The notes below the pieces were generated by a model, which was not told where the DNA came from, searched no databases, and was given only the letters and a program-made list of their open reading frames with translations. Of a stretch of DNA of 49,836 nt, positions 38,617-45,584 are shown in pieces (the first letter of the stretch is position 1; each line of letters opens with the position of its first letter). Made by a program: the position numbers and the translations under genes. Source of the stretch: a virus (taxonomy: Duplodnaviria; Caudoviricetes). The stretch is taken from positions 1 to 49,836 of IMG/VR virus record IMGVR_UViG_3300037408_000887; one strand, written 5' to 3'.

Positions 38617-38844
38617 TTAAATCCCTGATATCTGCATCAAGGACAAACTTTTTTTAATACGCTGGAATGGTTCTAAAATATAGACCTGCCGCACCATATG
38701 GTTCGCGGCACTCCCTTTCTCTCGTAATAGTTCATCAAGAAATCTTTTTATGTTCTCTGCTTGCTTTCGTTTCTCATGTATTTCTTGAGGGATTATTTTC
38801 CCGCTTGGATCGAAAACAGCCCACATCATTACAGGTTTTCCCAT
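38617..38844 (-). CDS. Hypothetical protein
   Basis: AGGGGG RBS; co-oriented with its neighbours. Confidence 0.55.
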   Translation of the reverse strand: MGKPVMMWAVFDPSGKIIPQEIHEKRKQAENIKRFLDELLREKGSAANHMVRQVYILEPFQRIKKSLSLMQISGI

Positions 38845-38965
38845 TTTTCAATCCCCCCTGAATTCTTATTGCTATTGCGATTATTGCCATGAGAACGATC
38901 ATCCCGAGACATGCACTCATCAAAATAGTCGCAACTATTTCCATAATATCATAAACTATTCCCAT
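38774..38965 (-). CDS. Small membrane protein
   Basis: One long hydrophobic segment; overlaps the next ORF by about 70 bp. Confidence 0.4.
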   Translation of the reverse strand: MGIVYDIMEIVATILMSACLGMIVLMAIIAIAIRIQGGLKNGKTCNDVGCFRSKRENNPSRNT

Positions 38966-39552
38966 GGCATCACCCCTTGTTCATCAGAATCACCGGTCAC
39001 CATTCTCTCGAAAGAATCATTCAATGCAAGGGTGCGGACCTTCATCATATCATCATAGTCATCCCGATCCTTCATCGACCAATCTATCAATCCATCTCTC
39101 AGGTTTTCACACCATAGTATAAAATCGCGCATGGTCTTGAAATCAATAACGGATGTCGAAGGGATATATCCGACAATCTTAGATGAGACCTCCCCCGTTT
39201 CGGAATCAACGATACGCTCTGTTATCACGCGCAATCTCTTTCTATGTCGGGGAGGGATTTCAGAATATGAACTGACGGGGGAATATAAATATTGTTCCTT
39301 GAGAACGAACTCTTTAACGTAAGCCTGATCCTTTTCTCCCATTGCTTCACAAATTTGGGGCAATACATAACCATGGAAATACTTGTGCTGGAAATACGCT
39401 ACGGCATTATGCGATTCGTAAACAACCGTGATCCAGCTTCCATCATTCAGGGACTTGAATTCCTGAAATCTCTCGTTCGCTTTCGGGTCAAGATATATTA
39501 TCCTTTTGTCCCGTATCTGCCCTTCCAGCTTCAACACCAACTTTTTTTTCAT
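38956..39552 (-). CDS. NinB/Orf-like recombination accessory protein
   Basis: Q.KYFHG.VL..I...G and PST.......M..FI..C pattern. Confidence 0.6.
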   Translation of the reverse strand: MKKKLVLKLEGQIRDKRIIYLDPKANERFQEFKSLNDGSWITVVYESHNAVAYFQHKYFHGYVLPQICEAMGEKDQAYVKEFVLKEQYLYSPVSSYSEIPPRHRKRLRVITERIVDSETGEVSSKIVGYIPSTSVIDFKTMRDFILWCENLRDGLIDWSMKDRDDYDDMMKVRTLALNDSFERMVTGDSDEQGVMPWE

Positions 39553-39790
39553 GGCCTACCCCCTCAACAAAGTTCTCATAAAAAGTAGGGTCTCTCTTGT
39601 ATTTCTCGACGATGGATGCAACGTTCTGTATCATTCGCAACCAGTCAGACGGGACCTGCCACGATTTCTTATTATAAACCTTTGCGGCTTTCCCGACCAA
39701 CAAGAGACATGCATAAAGCAATTCATTTCGTTGCGCTCGAAACATCTGCGCTTCTGCAAATAATCTCTTATACGCTCTTGTCTTGAACAT
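39488..39790 (-). CDS. Hypothetical protein
   Basis: Starts 2 nt after the upstream stop, with an RBS. Confidence 0.55.
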   Translation of the reverse strand: MFKTRAYKRLFAEAQMFRAQRNELLYACLLLVGKAAKVYNKKSWQVPSDWLRMIQNVASIVEKYKRDPTFYENFVEGVGHEKKVGVEAGRADTGQKDNIS

Positions 39791-39792
39791 GA

Positions 39793-40425
39793 CTATTTAA
39801 CCCCCGAGAATAAATCTTTTATCGGGATGGTTTTCCCCACCCTGTTTTCCCCGGAAAGAAATTTATTTTCTCGTGGAGATTGATTAAAGATATCTCTCGC
39901 CCTAGAAAATGACTCATAGTTTTCGATCGCATCCCTTACGAGGACCAGATGAGATTTCATCGCTTCTCCGACTATTCCATATTCTTTTAAATCATCATAT
40001 TCGATATATAAGTCATTGTAAAGACAAAAAAATTCTTTATCGAGAATGTCAAGATCGTCGAAATTACTCCCGGGAGAATAAACTTTTCTCCTGAGTTCCT
40101 TCGCTTTTTCTATTATTTTTTTTATGTCAATTTTTTTCCAATTATCTCGCGCATATTTGATTTTCCCGATCACCCCTCCTTCTCCACTCAAGTCAAGAGC
40201 AGATGATCCAGAAATTTCTCCATACGCCGACCGTATAAAAAACAGAGAAGGGAAAGTTTTATACGGGTAAGTAAAAACTATTTGGTCGTATAATTGAGCG
40301 TAATCATTTATCCCTGCAGACTTTGACCATTTTTCAATGTCCTCAATGTCGACCTGTTTTACTCCATCATATTTTTCTGAAAGTCTCAACGTAAACTGTT
40401 CAAGGTCCATTATCTGCTCACTCAT
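39793..40425 (-). CDS. Hypothetical replication protein (possible helicase loader/inhibitor)
   Basis: AAGGAGG RBS; N-terminal helical domain ending FPS...I, reminiscent of G39P-like loaders (weak). Confidence 0.45.
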   Translation of the reverse strand: MSEQIMDLEQFTLRLSEKYDGVKQVDIEDIEKWSKSAGINDYAQLYDQIVFTYPYKTFPSLFFIRSAYGEISGSSALDLSGEGGVIGKIKYARDNWKKIDIKKIIEKAKELRRKVYSPGSNFDDLDILDKEFFCLYNDLYIEYDDLKEYGIVGEAMKSHLVLVRDAIENYESFSRARDIFNQSPRENKFLSGENRVGKTIPIKDLFSGVK

Positions 40426-40502
40426 CCCCGGCCTCCTTATACGAAATTCGTGTACTTGCTGTTATATGACATGGCTTAACTTTGGCTCGCCATCGTGGCT
40501 CG

Positions 40503-40790
40503 CTAATAGCTATTATAAAATCTTATTTTATAAACACCATCCGGTATTTCAGATATTATAATCTCATAGCCAACTTCCATATCATTATTATAATCTTTTA
40601 CTGGTATATCTATTTTAAGCTTTTCTTCCAATAAATATTTTTCTGGATATTCACTCCCAAAATAATCAGCCGTTTCTTTCGGTAAAAGTTTTATTCCAGC
40701 TTCCATACAAGCCTTTAAAACTTTTGCATGTTTCTGATATAATTCATTTTTATCAGAAATAAAACCCTTTACATTGGTTGACATTCCCAT
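40503..40790 (-). CDS. Cassette 1 ORF, hypothetical 95 aa
   Basis: GGGAGGG RBS; AT-rich codons; lies inside unit 40461-40865. Confidence 0.8.
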   Translation of the reverse strand: MGMSTNVKGFISDKNELYQKHAKVLKACMEAGIKLLPKETADYFGSEYPEKYLLEEKLKIDIPVKDYNNDMEVGYEIIISEIPDGVYKIRFYNSY

Positions 40791-40850
40791 TTTACCCTCC
40801 CTACGTGTTCGGCGTCCTGCCTCACACTTAATAAATTTTTACTGCTAATC

Positions 40851-40951
40851 GCCACGTCATATAACAAAGCGTAAACAAAATGCTAAAAATACTTAACCCT
40901 TTTCAATTCACTTTTCCTGCGCACTTCGTTTACGCTTGAAAAGTTGTACGA
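40851..40951 (+). repeat. attC-like site 1
   Basis: CATATAAC-AAAGC-GTAAACAAAATGC ... GCACTTCGTTTAC-GCTTGAAAA-GTTGTAC. Confidence 0.8.
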
Positions 40952-40959
40952 AAGACGGC

Positions 40960-41148
40960 TTAACGTATATCTCCGCCAACATATTCAGTAACACATTCTC
41001 CATATAAATACATTTTGCTAACCTTAACTATCCCTTCTGCATCTATATTACCAACTACCACTAAGAATAACGATTCCGCATTTTCCCCCTCTGCTTCTTC
41101 AACTGCTTCTCTAATCTTTTCCGCATCAAGTCTTAATTCAAATTTCAT
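40960..41148 (-). CDS. Cassette 2 ORF, hypothetical 62 aa
   Basis: GGAGG RBS; lies inside unit 40943-41182. Confidence 0.75.
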   Translation of the reverse strand: MKFELRLDAEKIREAVEEAEGENAESLFLVVVGNIDAEGIVKVSKMYLYGECVTEYVGGDIR

Positions 41149-41165
41149 ATTTTATCCTCCGATTC

Positions 41166-41253
41166 GCCGTCCATCGTACAACATCGCATACCCGTTCGCT
41201 TCGCCAATCCTCCGCTACGCTACGGACTGCGGGTATGCTTTACTGTTAAGCGA
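41166..41253 (+). repeat. attC-like site 2
   Basis: GTACAAC-ATCGC-ATACCCG ... CGGGTAT-GCTTTACT-GTTAAGC. Confidence 0.8.
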
Positions 41254-41260
41254 AAGCCAG

Positions 41261-41467
41261 CTAAACTTTTCTTGACCATATAAACATTTTTCTTTTGTAA
41301 TACTTATTTATTAACCAATACCAAACCGTAAAAATAACTTTATGGCGAGTCTTGAATATTGTTTCTTTTTTAGAATTGCACGTATGGCTAATAGCTATCT
41401 GATATTCCGCTGGCCTTCGCTTAACACGGCGTAAGCGTAAGCCGAATAAATTCTTAATCCATTTCAT
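41261..41467 (-). CDS. Cassette 3 ORF, basic 68 aa, initiating inside attC-like site 3
   Basis: AGGAGG RBS and ATG lie in the attC loop; the frame stays open across the left arm. Confidence 0.65.
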   Translation of the reverse strand: MKWIKNLFGLRLRRVKRRPAEYQIAISHTCNSKKETIFKTRHKVIFTVWYWLINKYYKRKMFIWSRKV

Positions 41468-41514
41468 ATTATCCTCCTCTCCGGCCTACGCCTACGCCGG
41501 TGTATGTTAGTCGA
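41409..41514 (+). repeat. attC-like site 3
   Basis: GCTTAAC-A-CGGCGTAAGCGTAAGCCG ... CGGCCTACGCCTACGCCG-GTGTAT-GTTAGTC. Confidence 0.8.
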
Positions 41515-41713
41515 AACGCTCGGACACTTTCGGTAACAATCTATGTCTTATCGCCCACCAGTAAAACAAATCAAAGAAAAACTCACCCTGATAAAATCCT
41601 ATTGCAAACAGACTTGAATCATAATCGCAAGTGTCAAAATTCATTATCTTAATACTTATTGTATTATGGTTCTTCCAGAGCTCAAATTCTATTTCAAGCG
41701 GTATATATCTCAT
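41507..41713 (-). CDS. Cassette 4 ORF, hypothetical ~68 aa
   Basis: AGGAGG RBS before ATG 41713/41716; the stop codon lies in the GTTA core. Confidence 0.75.
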   Translation of the reverse strand: MRYIPLEIEFELWKNHNTISIKIMNFDTCDYDSSLFAIGFYQGEFFFDLFYWWAIRHRLLPKVSERFD

Positions 41714-41731
41714 CATATCCTCCTGTGTGAA

Positions 41732-41811
41732 GTCCGAGCGCATCGACTAACAACGGGTAAGCGTTCGCTTTGCACATGAGCACACGTCGCTTACCCTGTT
41801 CTGTTAGCGGA
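41732..41811 (+). repeat. attC-like site 4
   Basis: GACTAAC-AAC-GGGTAAGCG ... CGCTTACCC-TGTTCT-GTTAGCG. Confidence 0.8.
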
Positions 41812-41820
41812 AATAACCGC

Positions 41821-42009
41821 CTACTCTTCTGCGTCAATAGGTTCCCATCTGTCAACACGACATCCGGTACACGGATAATCATTACCTACACCACAACTCA
41901 TTCCCGCCAATTGTCCAGCGTTCCACTTGCACGTTTCACACGACTGCTGTTTAACGGCGGTTACATCCGCTAACAGAGCGTATCTGACATGCTCCGCGTC
42001 CGCATCCAT
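41821..42009 (-). CDS. Cassette 5 ORF, Cys-rich 62 aa, crossing the left arm of truncated site 5
   Basis: CETCKW...C....PC.GC....WEP motif; weak RBS. Confidence 0.55.
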   Translation of the reverse strand: MDADAEHVRYALLADVTAVKQQSCETCKWNAGQLAGMSCGVGNDYPCTGCRVDRWEPIDAEE

Positions 42010-42016
42010 GCCGTTA

Positions 42017-42193
42017 TCATAACTTGCCTTTTTTCTTCCTCGGATAGCTTATAAAACACCACCCTATAATTTCACCTTTTTTATTATACTGGTGGACTTC
42101 CATTCCATCCGTTCGCTTATCCCTTGCAATAATTTCATATCCTTCTTCAAGCCGATGGAATAAATCTTTGTATAAACATTTATCACATTTCAT
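42017..42193 (-). CDS. 58-aa hypothetical protein (not in ORF track)
   Basis: MKCDKCLYKDLFHRLEEG...KKKGKL*; fills the gap between its neighbours. Confidence 0.55.
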   Translation of the reverse strand: MKCDKCLYKDLFHRLEEGYEIIARDKRTDGMEVHQYNKKGEIIGWCFISYPRKKKGKL

Positions 42194-42206
42194 ATTACGC
42201 CTTTAC

Positions 42207-42491
42207 CTATTCACATTCTTTTTCAGGGAGAAAAAATCTTCCATACCGTCGATAATACTCTCCCATCCATTCTGAAAAATTCTTTGTCTCTGCAACCAGA
42301 CTATCTTCCCAATCCTCGGCTCGATATTCCCCCGATGATATTGCCTCGCGAGTATGCTTGATTGATTGATATGATATACATATCCAAGTCTCTAGTTCAA
42401 CCTTATAATCAATTCTAGGAGATGCACATCGAGAAAATCCGATCATGAGCGCAATCGCCATCAGACTCAATACGATAATTATTCTCATCAT
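42207..42491 (-). CDS. Small exported / lipoprotein-like protein
   Basis: Signal-like MMRIIIVLSLMAIALMIGFSR-C; GGGAGG RBS. Confidence 0.6.
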   Translation of the reverse strand: MMRIIIVLSLMAIALMIGFSRCASPRIDYKVELETWICISYQSIKHTREAISSGEYRAEDWEDSLVAETKNFSEWMGEYYRRYGRFFLPEKECE

Positions 42492-43168
42492 CTCGTAACC
42501 TCCCGCTTTTTAAAATAATCTTCTACGACATTTGATTTCTGAGCCCCGTATTTTCTTTCCCGTCTATCACAGGTCAACGCCGCCGCTTTCCAGTCTGTTA
42601 TCCGGTTTCCACCCTTTTGTTTCCACCCGTTCGATTGATAATGACCCCACGCCGACTCATAGTCAAATTTATAATCCTTCGATTTACAATAATCGATCCA
42701 GTCTTTAAGAGACGGATTTACCACTTTCTCTTTCTTGTTAAAGCATTTACTTGTTTCTTCAAGCATTTGTTGTTCAGAACCGGTAGGGCGGTCAACCGGT
42801 AGGGTGGTTTCCTGAACCGGCGGTTCAGAAATTGAACCACCGGACACGATCACGTTTATATACTGCTCTCCCAATGTTCCGTCACCGTTCCTTCTCTGGA
42901 CATACTCAATCAGCTTTTTCTTTTTCAGGAATGATTTCGCACGTTTCAATTTCGCATCACCCCACCCGAGACCGTTTTTCAAATATATATCCTTGGCCTT
43001 AACGGAATTCGTACTCTGCAGACGGGCCGTGAACATGAGATGCAAATACAGGGACATTGCCTCTATTCCCCGGGGGGAAGCGAGAAACATCTTGTATTTT
43101 GAAATGGTGAGAAAAAGAATATCGCCGTCAAGGTCTATCCTGATATTTCCAGTATTGATTGACTTCAT
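42488..43168 (-). CDS. Replication initiator (lambda O / replisome organiser-like)
   Basis: N-terminal wHTH (LY.HL...LGWG..KL.RA...L.....I.Y), a low-complexity linker, and C-terminal W.HY.SNGW......I.DWKAA. Confidence 0.8.
   Translation of the reverse strand: MKSINTGNIRIDLDGDILFLTISKYKMFLASPRGIEAMSLYLHLMFTARLQSTNSVKAKDIYLKNGLGWGDAKLKRAKSFLKKKKLIEYVQRRNGDGTLGEQYINVIVSGGSISEPPVQETTLPVDRPTGSEQQMLEETSKCFNKKEKVVNPSLKDWIDYCKSKDYKFDYESAWGHYQSNGWKQKGGNRITDWKAAALTCDRRERKYGAQKSNVVEDYFKKREVTR
42725..42845. other. Putative replication origin (iterons plus AT-rich tract) inside the initiator gene
   Basis: AACCGGTAGGG twice, with further GAACCGG / GAACCACCGG variants, next to a T-rich tract containing AAGCATTT twice. 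Confidence 0.6.
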
Positions 43169-43520
43169 CGCATTTCCCCCTGTTTTTTCCCCTCCATTCC
43201 CCGATTAACATGACGGCATGATGAAGGTTTTGTTTTCTCGTAACGGCCTCTAGGTTTTCAAGTGAATTGTTTTTTTTGTTGCCATCAATATGATTTATCT
43301 CCAAGCCATCAGGTATCGGTCCCCGGAAAGATTCATAGACAAGTCTGTGGACATATTTCATCACATATTCACCGGATGGGACCCTAAGCCGATAACGATC
43401 ATACCCGACGGAATGATGGATGCGCTTTTTTATTTTCCCCGGTCGAAATTTCGATCTGCAATGACCAAGAGTAGATATCTCGTAATAACCATCAAACCCG
43501 ATCAGAGGAACCCACTTCAT
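43128..43520 (-). CDS. NUMOD4-HNH homing endonuclease
   Basis: W.P..GF.G.YEIS..G and VHRLV...F.G......EINHIDGNK.NN..ENLE.VT..QN..HA motifs. Confidence 0.92.
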   Translation of the reverse strand: MKWVPLIGFDGYYEISTLGHCRSKFRPGKIKKRIHHSVGYDRYRLRVPSGEYVMKYVHRLVYESFRGPIPDGLEINHIDGNKKNNSLENLEAVTRKQNLHHAVMLIGEWRGKNRGKCDEVNQYWKYQDRP

Positions 43521-43583
43521 TGACACACCCCCTACTTGAAAAATATTATTGCGTCCGGGGACTTTCACCCCGGGAGATAAATT

Positions 43584-43964
43584 CTATGCTCTCACGAAAT
43601 ATCGAGAGTCAAGCGTGAATTCTTTGATTTCACCATTGAGTTTTACAACTATGGCAAAATCATCCTTGTGCGATTGTTTGTTCCCAATTGATCTATGCGG
43701 CTCAAACACATCGCATACGACGACTTCTTCACCGAAAAGCGGAAATTTCGCATAAACGAATTCTTTTGATTTCCACTTCACGATATCGCCGATTTTCAGA
43801 TCGGGAATCGGAGAAATCTGGTCAATGAGGTCTCTCTGTTGTTCAATAGAAAGAACCTCCCTTGACTGGTCAAGGCCCGAAACACCCGCAACGGACCCCG
43901 AAACACCCGCAACGGACCCCGAAACACCCGCAACGGACTTTAAAAATTCTTCCACGCCACTCAT
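43584..43964 (-). CDS. Hypothetical protein with SH3/KOW-like C-terminus and in-frame repeat
   Basis: AGGAGG RBS; LKIGDIVKWK motif. Confidence 0.7.
   Translation of the reverse strand: MSGVEEFLKSVAGVSGSVAGVSGSVAGVSGLDQSREVLSIEQQRDLIDQISPIPDLKIGDIVKWKSKEFVYAKFPLFGEEVVVCDVFEPHRSIGNKQSHKDDFAIVVKLNGEIKEFTLDSRYFVRA
43876..43938. repeat. Three perfect 21-bp tandem copies (SVAGVSG)
   Basis: cccgaaacacccgcaacggac three times. Confidence 0.95.
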
Positions 43965-43989
43965 AATGATCCTCCTATAATTTTTTGAT

Positions 43990-44178
43990 AAAAAAACCCC
44001 CGATTGACATTACGGCTTTCGCCGGGGCTCAATATCAATCGAGGGTGTGTTGCTCACGGCAACGGGGAACGAGCCCGAATCCCCTTTGCCGCGAATCTTT
44101 AAAATGCCCCCCATGGTCTCGCGCCCGATCTCTCGGGGAGGGGCAACTGATAGTAACGCAACACTATCACTATCAGTT
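43990..44178 (-). ncRNA. Candidate structured RNA / attenuator (four stem-loops ending in a U-tract)
   Basis: Four consecutive inverted repeats. The last carries a GGC-GAAA-GCC loop and is followed by T7 on the minus strand. Confidence 0.45.
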
Positions 44179-44192
44179 ATCCTGTCAAGAAC

Positions 44193-44318
44193 TTACAGAC
44201 GGGCGAGAAGAAATTCTATCTCCTCAACCCTGAGAGCATCGATGTCATCTCTCTTTAATTCCTCCATCAGAGATTGCTTGATTCTTTCGCGTACTTTCTG
44301 CTCCCGCTTGCTTGCCAT
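44193..44318 (-). CDS. 41-aa helical hypothetical protein
   Basis: AAGGAGGT RBS before ATG 44318. Confidence 0.6.
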   Translation of the reverse strand: MASKREQKVRERIKQSLMEELKRDDIDALRVEEIEFLLARL

Positions 44319-44320
44319 TT

Positions 44321-45019
44321 CTACCTCCTTATTGATTGTCTCATGGTCTCGGAAATTCTGCACCCGGGAAGTTTTGTCCATTTCATTTCCTTTACGATGC
44401 GCTTCAATTTCGTTGTGTTAATATTCACGACATCCGCAGGGAGTTTCCCCTCAACCACTAGCTTGAGAATTTCGATGGGGTTATCGACCTCAAGTGAGAT
44501 GTCATTGACCTGAGTGATCGACCCCCGTCCGACATCCACGGTCTTGTCGATAACAGGCTCAACCGACACCGGGGGAATATATACGTCCTCGGCTTTCTCC
44601 CTAAGTTCGTCGGCCTTTTCTGAGTTCCCCTTCGCCTCGGCTTTCTCGGCGGCCTTTTCCAGTTTGCGCCGCTCAGCTTCCTCTGCTTTCCTGCGCTCCT
44701 CATCAATGCGCCTCTGTTCTGCCTCGCGCTCTTGTTTCACCTTGAGGGCCCACGCCGACATGATCGAATTGACCCGCGACTTCCGATCCTTGAGCGGGTC
44801 CAGCATTTCTTTCTCTTTCGCGACGATTGCCTTATGAGCCTGAAACGCTTTTTCCTTCGGTTCTTTCCAGTATTCGACGACCTTCTTCATCATGTCATCA
44901 ATACGGACAAGAAACTCACCCGCGACCTTATAATCTTCCGCAGTCTGAATCACGAGTTCTCCGGCGACCTTATCGACCGCCTTGAGGTCCTTTTTGAGAT
45001 TGAGTTCATCTTGCATCAC
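44321..45019 (-). CDS. Coiled-coil protein of the recombination module
   Basis: Long charged helix; lies next to the exonuclease and ERF genes. Confidence 0.65.
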   Translation of the reverse strand: MMQDELNLKKDLKAVDKVAGELVIQTAEDYKVAGEFLVRIDDMMKKVVEYWKEPKEKAFQAHKAIVAKEKEMLDPLKDRKSRVNSIMSAWALKVKQEREAEQRRIDEERRKAEEAERRKLEKAAEKAEAKGNSEKADELREKAEDVYIPPVSVEPVIDKTVDVGRGSITQVNDISLEVDNPIEILKLVVEGKLPADVVNINTTKLKRIVKEMKWTKLPGCRISETMRQSIRR

Positions 45020-45020
45020 A

Positions 45021-45584
45021 TCACCCCCTGAGATATAGTTCGATGGCCTTGGTGGAGTGCCATCGCCTTACGCATTCGATAAAAATCTTCTCTGCTCGAT
45101 CATCGAAAACATTCTTGCACCTGATCTTCCCCTTCTCCGGATAAATCACAAACCATTTCCGGGTTTTGCGTATTGCCTGAGTCGACAATATGCTATACCC
45201 CGCCAATTGCAATGAGAAAATCCTCGGGGAATAAAAACTCGACTTGAGATCGACAACGGCCTTTTCAAATACGATATCCGGCGTTCCCCCGAAAAGATGC
45301 TTTTCGTCGAACCTGAACTTCTCATATTCGACGACATCTCCGAGAGAACTCCGGTTCGATTCGATCCAATCGCCGATCTGTTCGATTATCGGGTCAAACG
45401 CATTCCCTGTGTCCAGATACGCCTTGAGCATAGAATGTAAATCAACTCCATCGAGACGCTTCTGCTCAAGCCTTGATTTCGATATTCTGAACTCAGGGCG
45501 CGGGATTGCCTGAGTAACCGACGGCATGACTATCCCGCCGCGCCTGATTTCATGGGTTTCGGGATTGAACGTTATCTCGCTCAT
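45021..45584 (-). CDS. PD-(D/E)XK (Cas4 / lambda-exo-like) nuclease
   Basis: PSVT, G..LH, E, GTPD, VDLKS and QLAGY motifs. Confidence 0.85.
   Translation of the reverse strand: MSEITFNPETHEIRRGGIVMPSVTQAIPRPEFRISKSRLEQKRLDGVDLHSMLKAYLDTGNAFDPIIEQIGDWIESNRSSLGDVVEYEKFRFDEKHLFGGTPDIVFEKAVVDLKSSFYSPRIFSLQLAGYSILSTQAIRKTRKWFVIYPEKGKIRCKNVFDDRAEKIFIECVRRWHSTKAIELYLRG

Larger units (their letters stand above)
40441..41990 (+). mobile_element. Integron-like gene cassette array (5 cassettes, attC-like sites, no integrase)
   Basis: Five units each begin GTT... and end with their own reverse complement ...AAC (15-20 bp, 1-2 mismatches). They are separated by hairpin-forming spacers. Confidence 0.85.

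Noticed and set aside
38645-38660. A7 run as a programmed frameshift joining 38617..38844 to the downstream frame
   Set aside because: T AAA AAA is a poor slippery heptamer, and the downstream frame has its own possible TTG start with an RBS.
40461-41974. Repeat-spacer pattern as a CRISPR array, MITEs or a shufflon
   Set aside because: The repeats differ in sequence between units, the units are gene-sized, and there are no target-site duplications, cas genes or invertase. The GTT/AAC cores and hairpin spacers fit attC better.
45021-45584. Cas4-like nuclease as a CRISPR component
   Set aside because: Its position next to ERF indicates a Red-like recombination exonuclease; no array or other cas genes are present.
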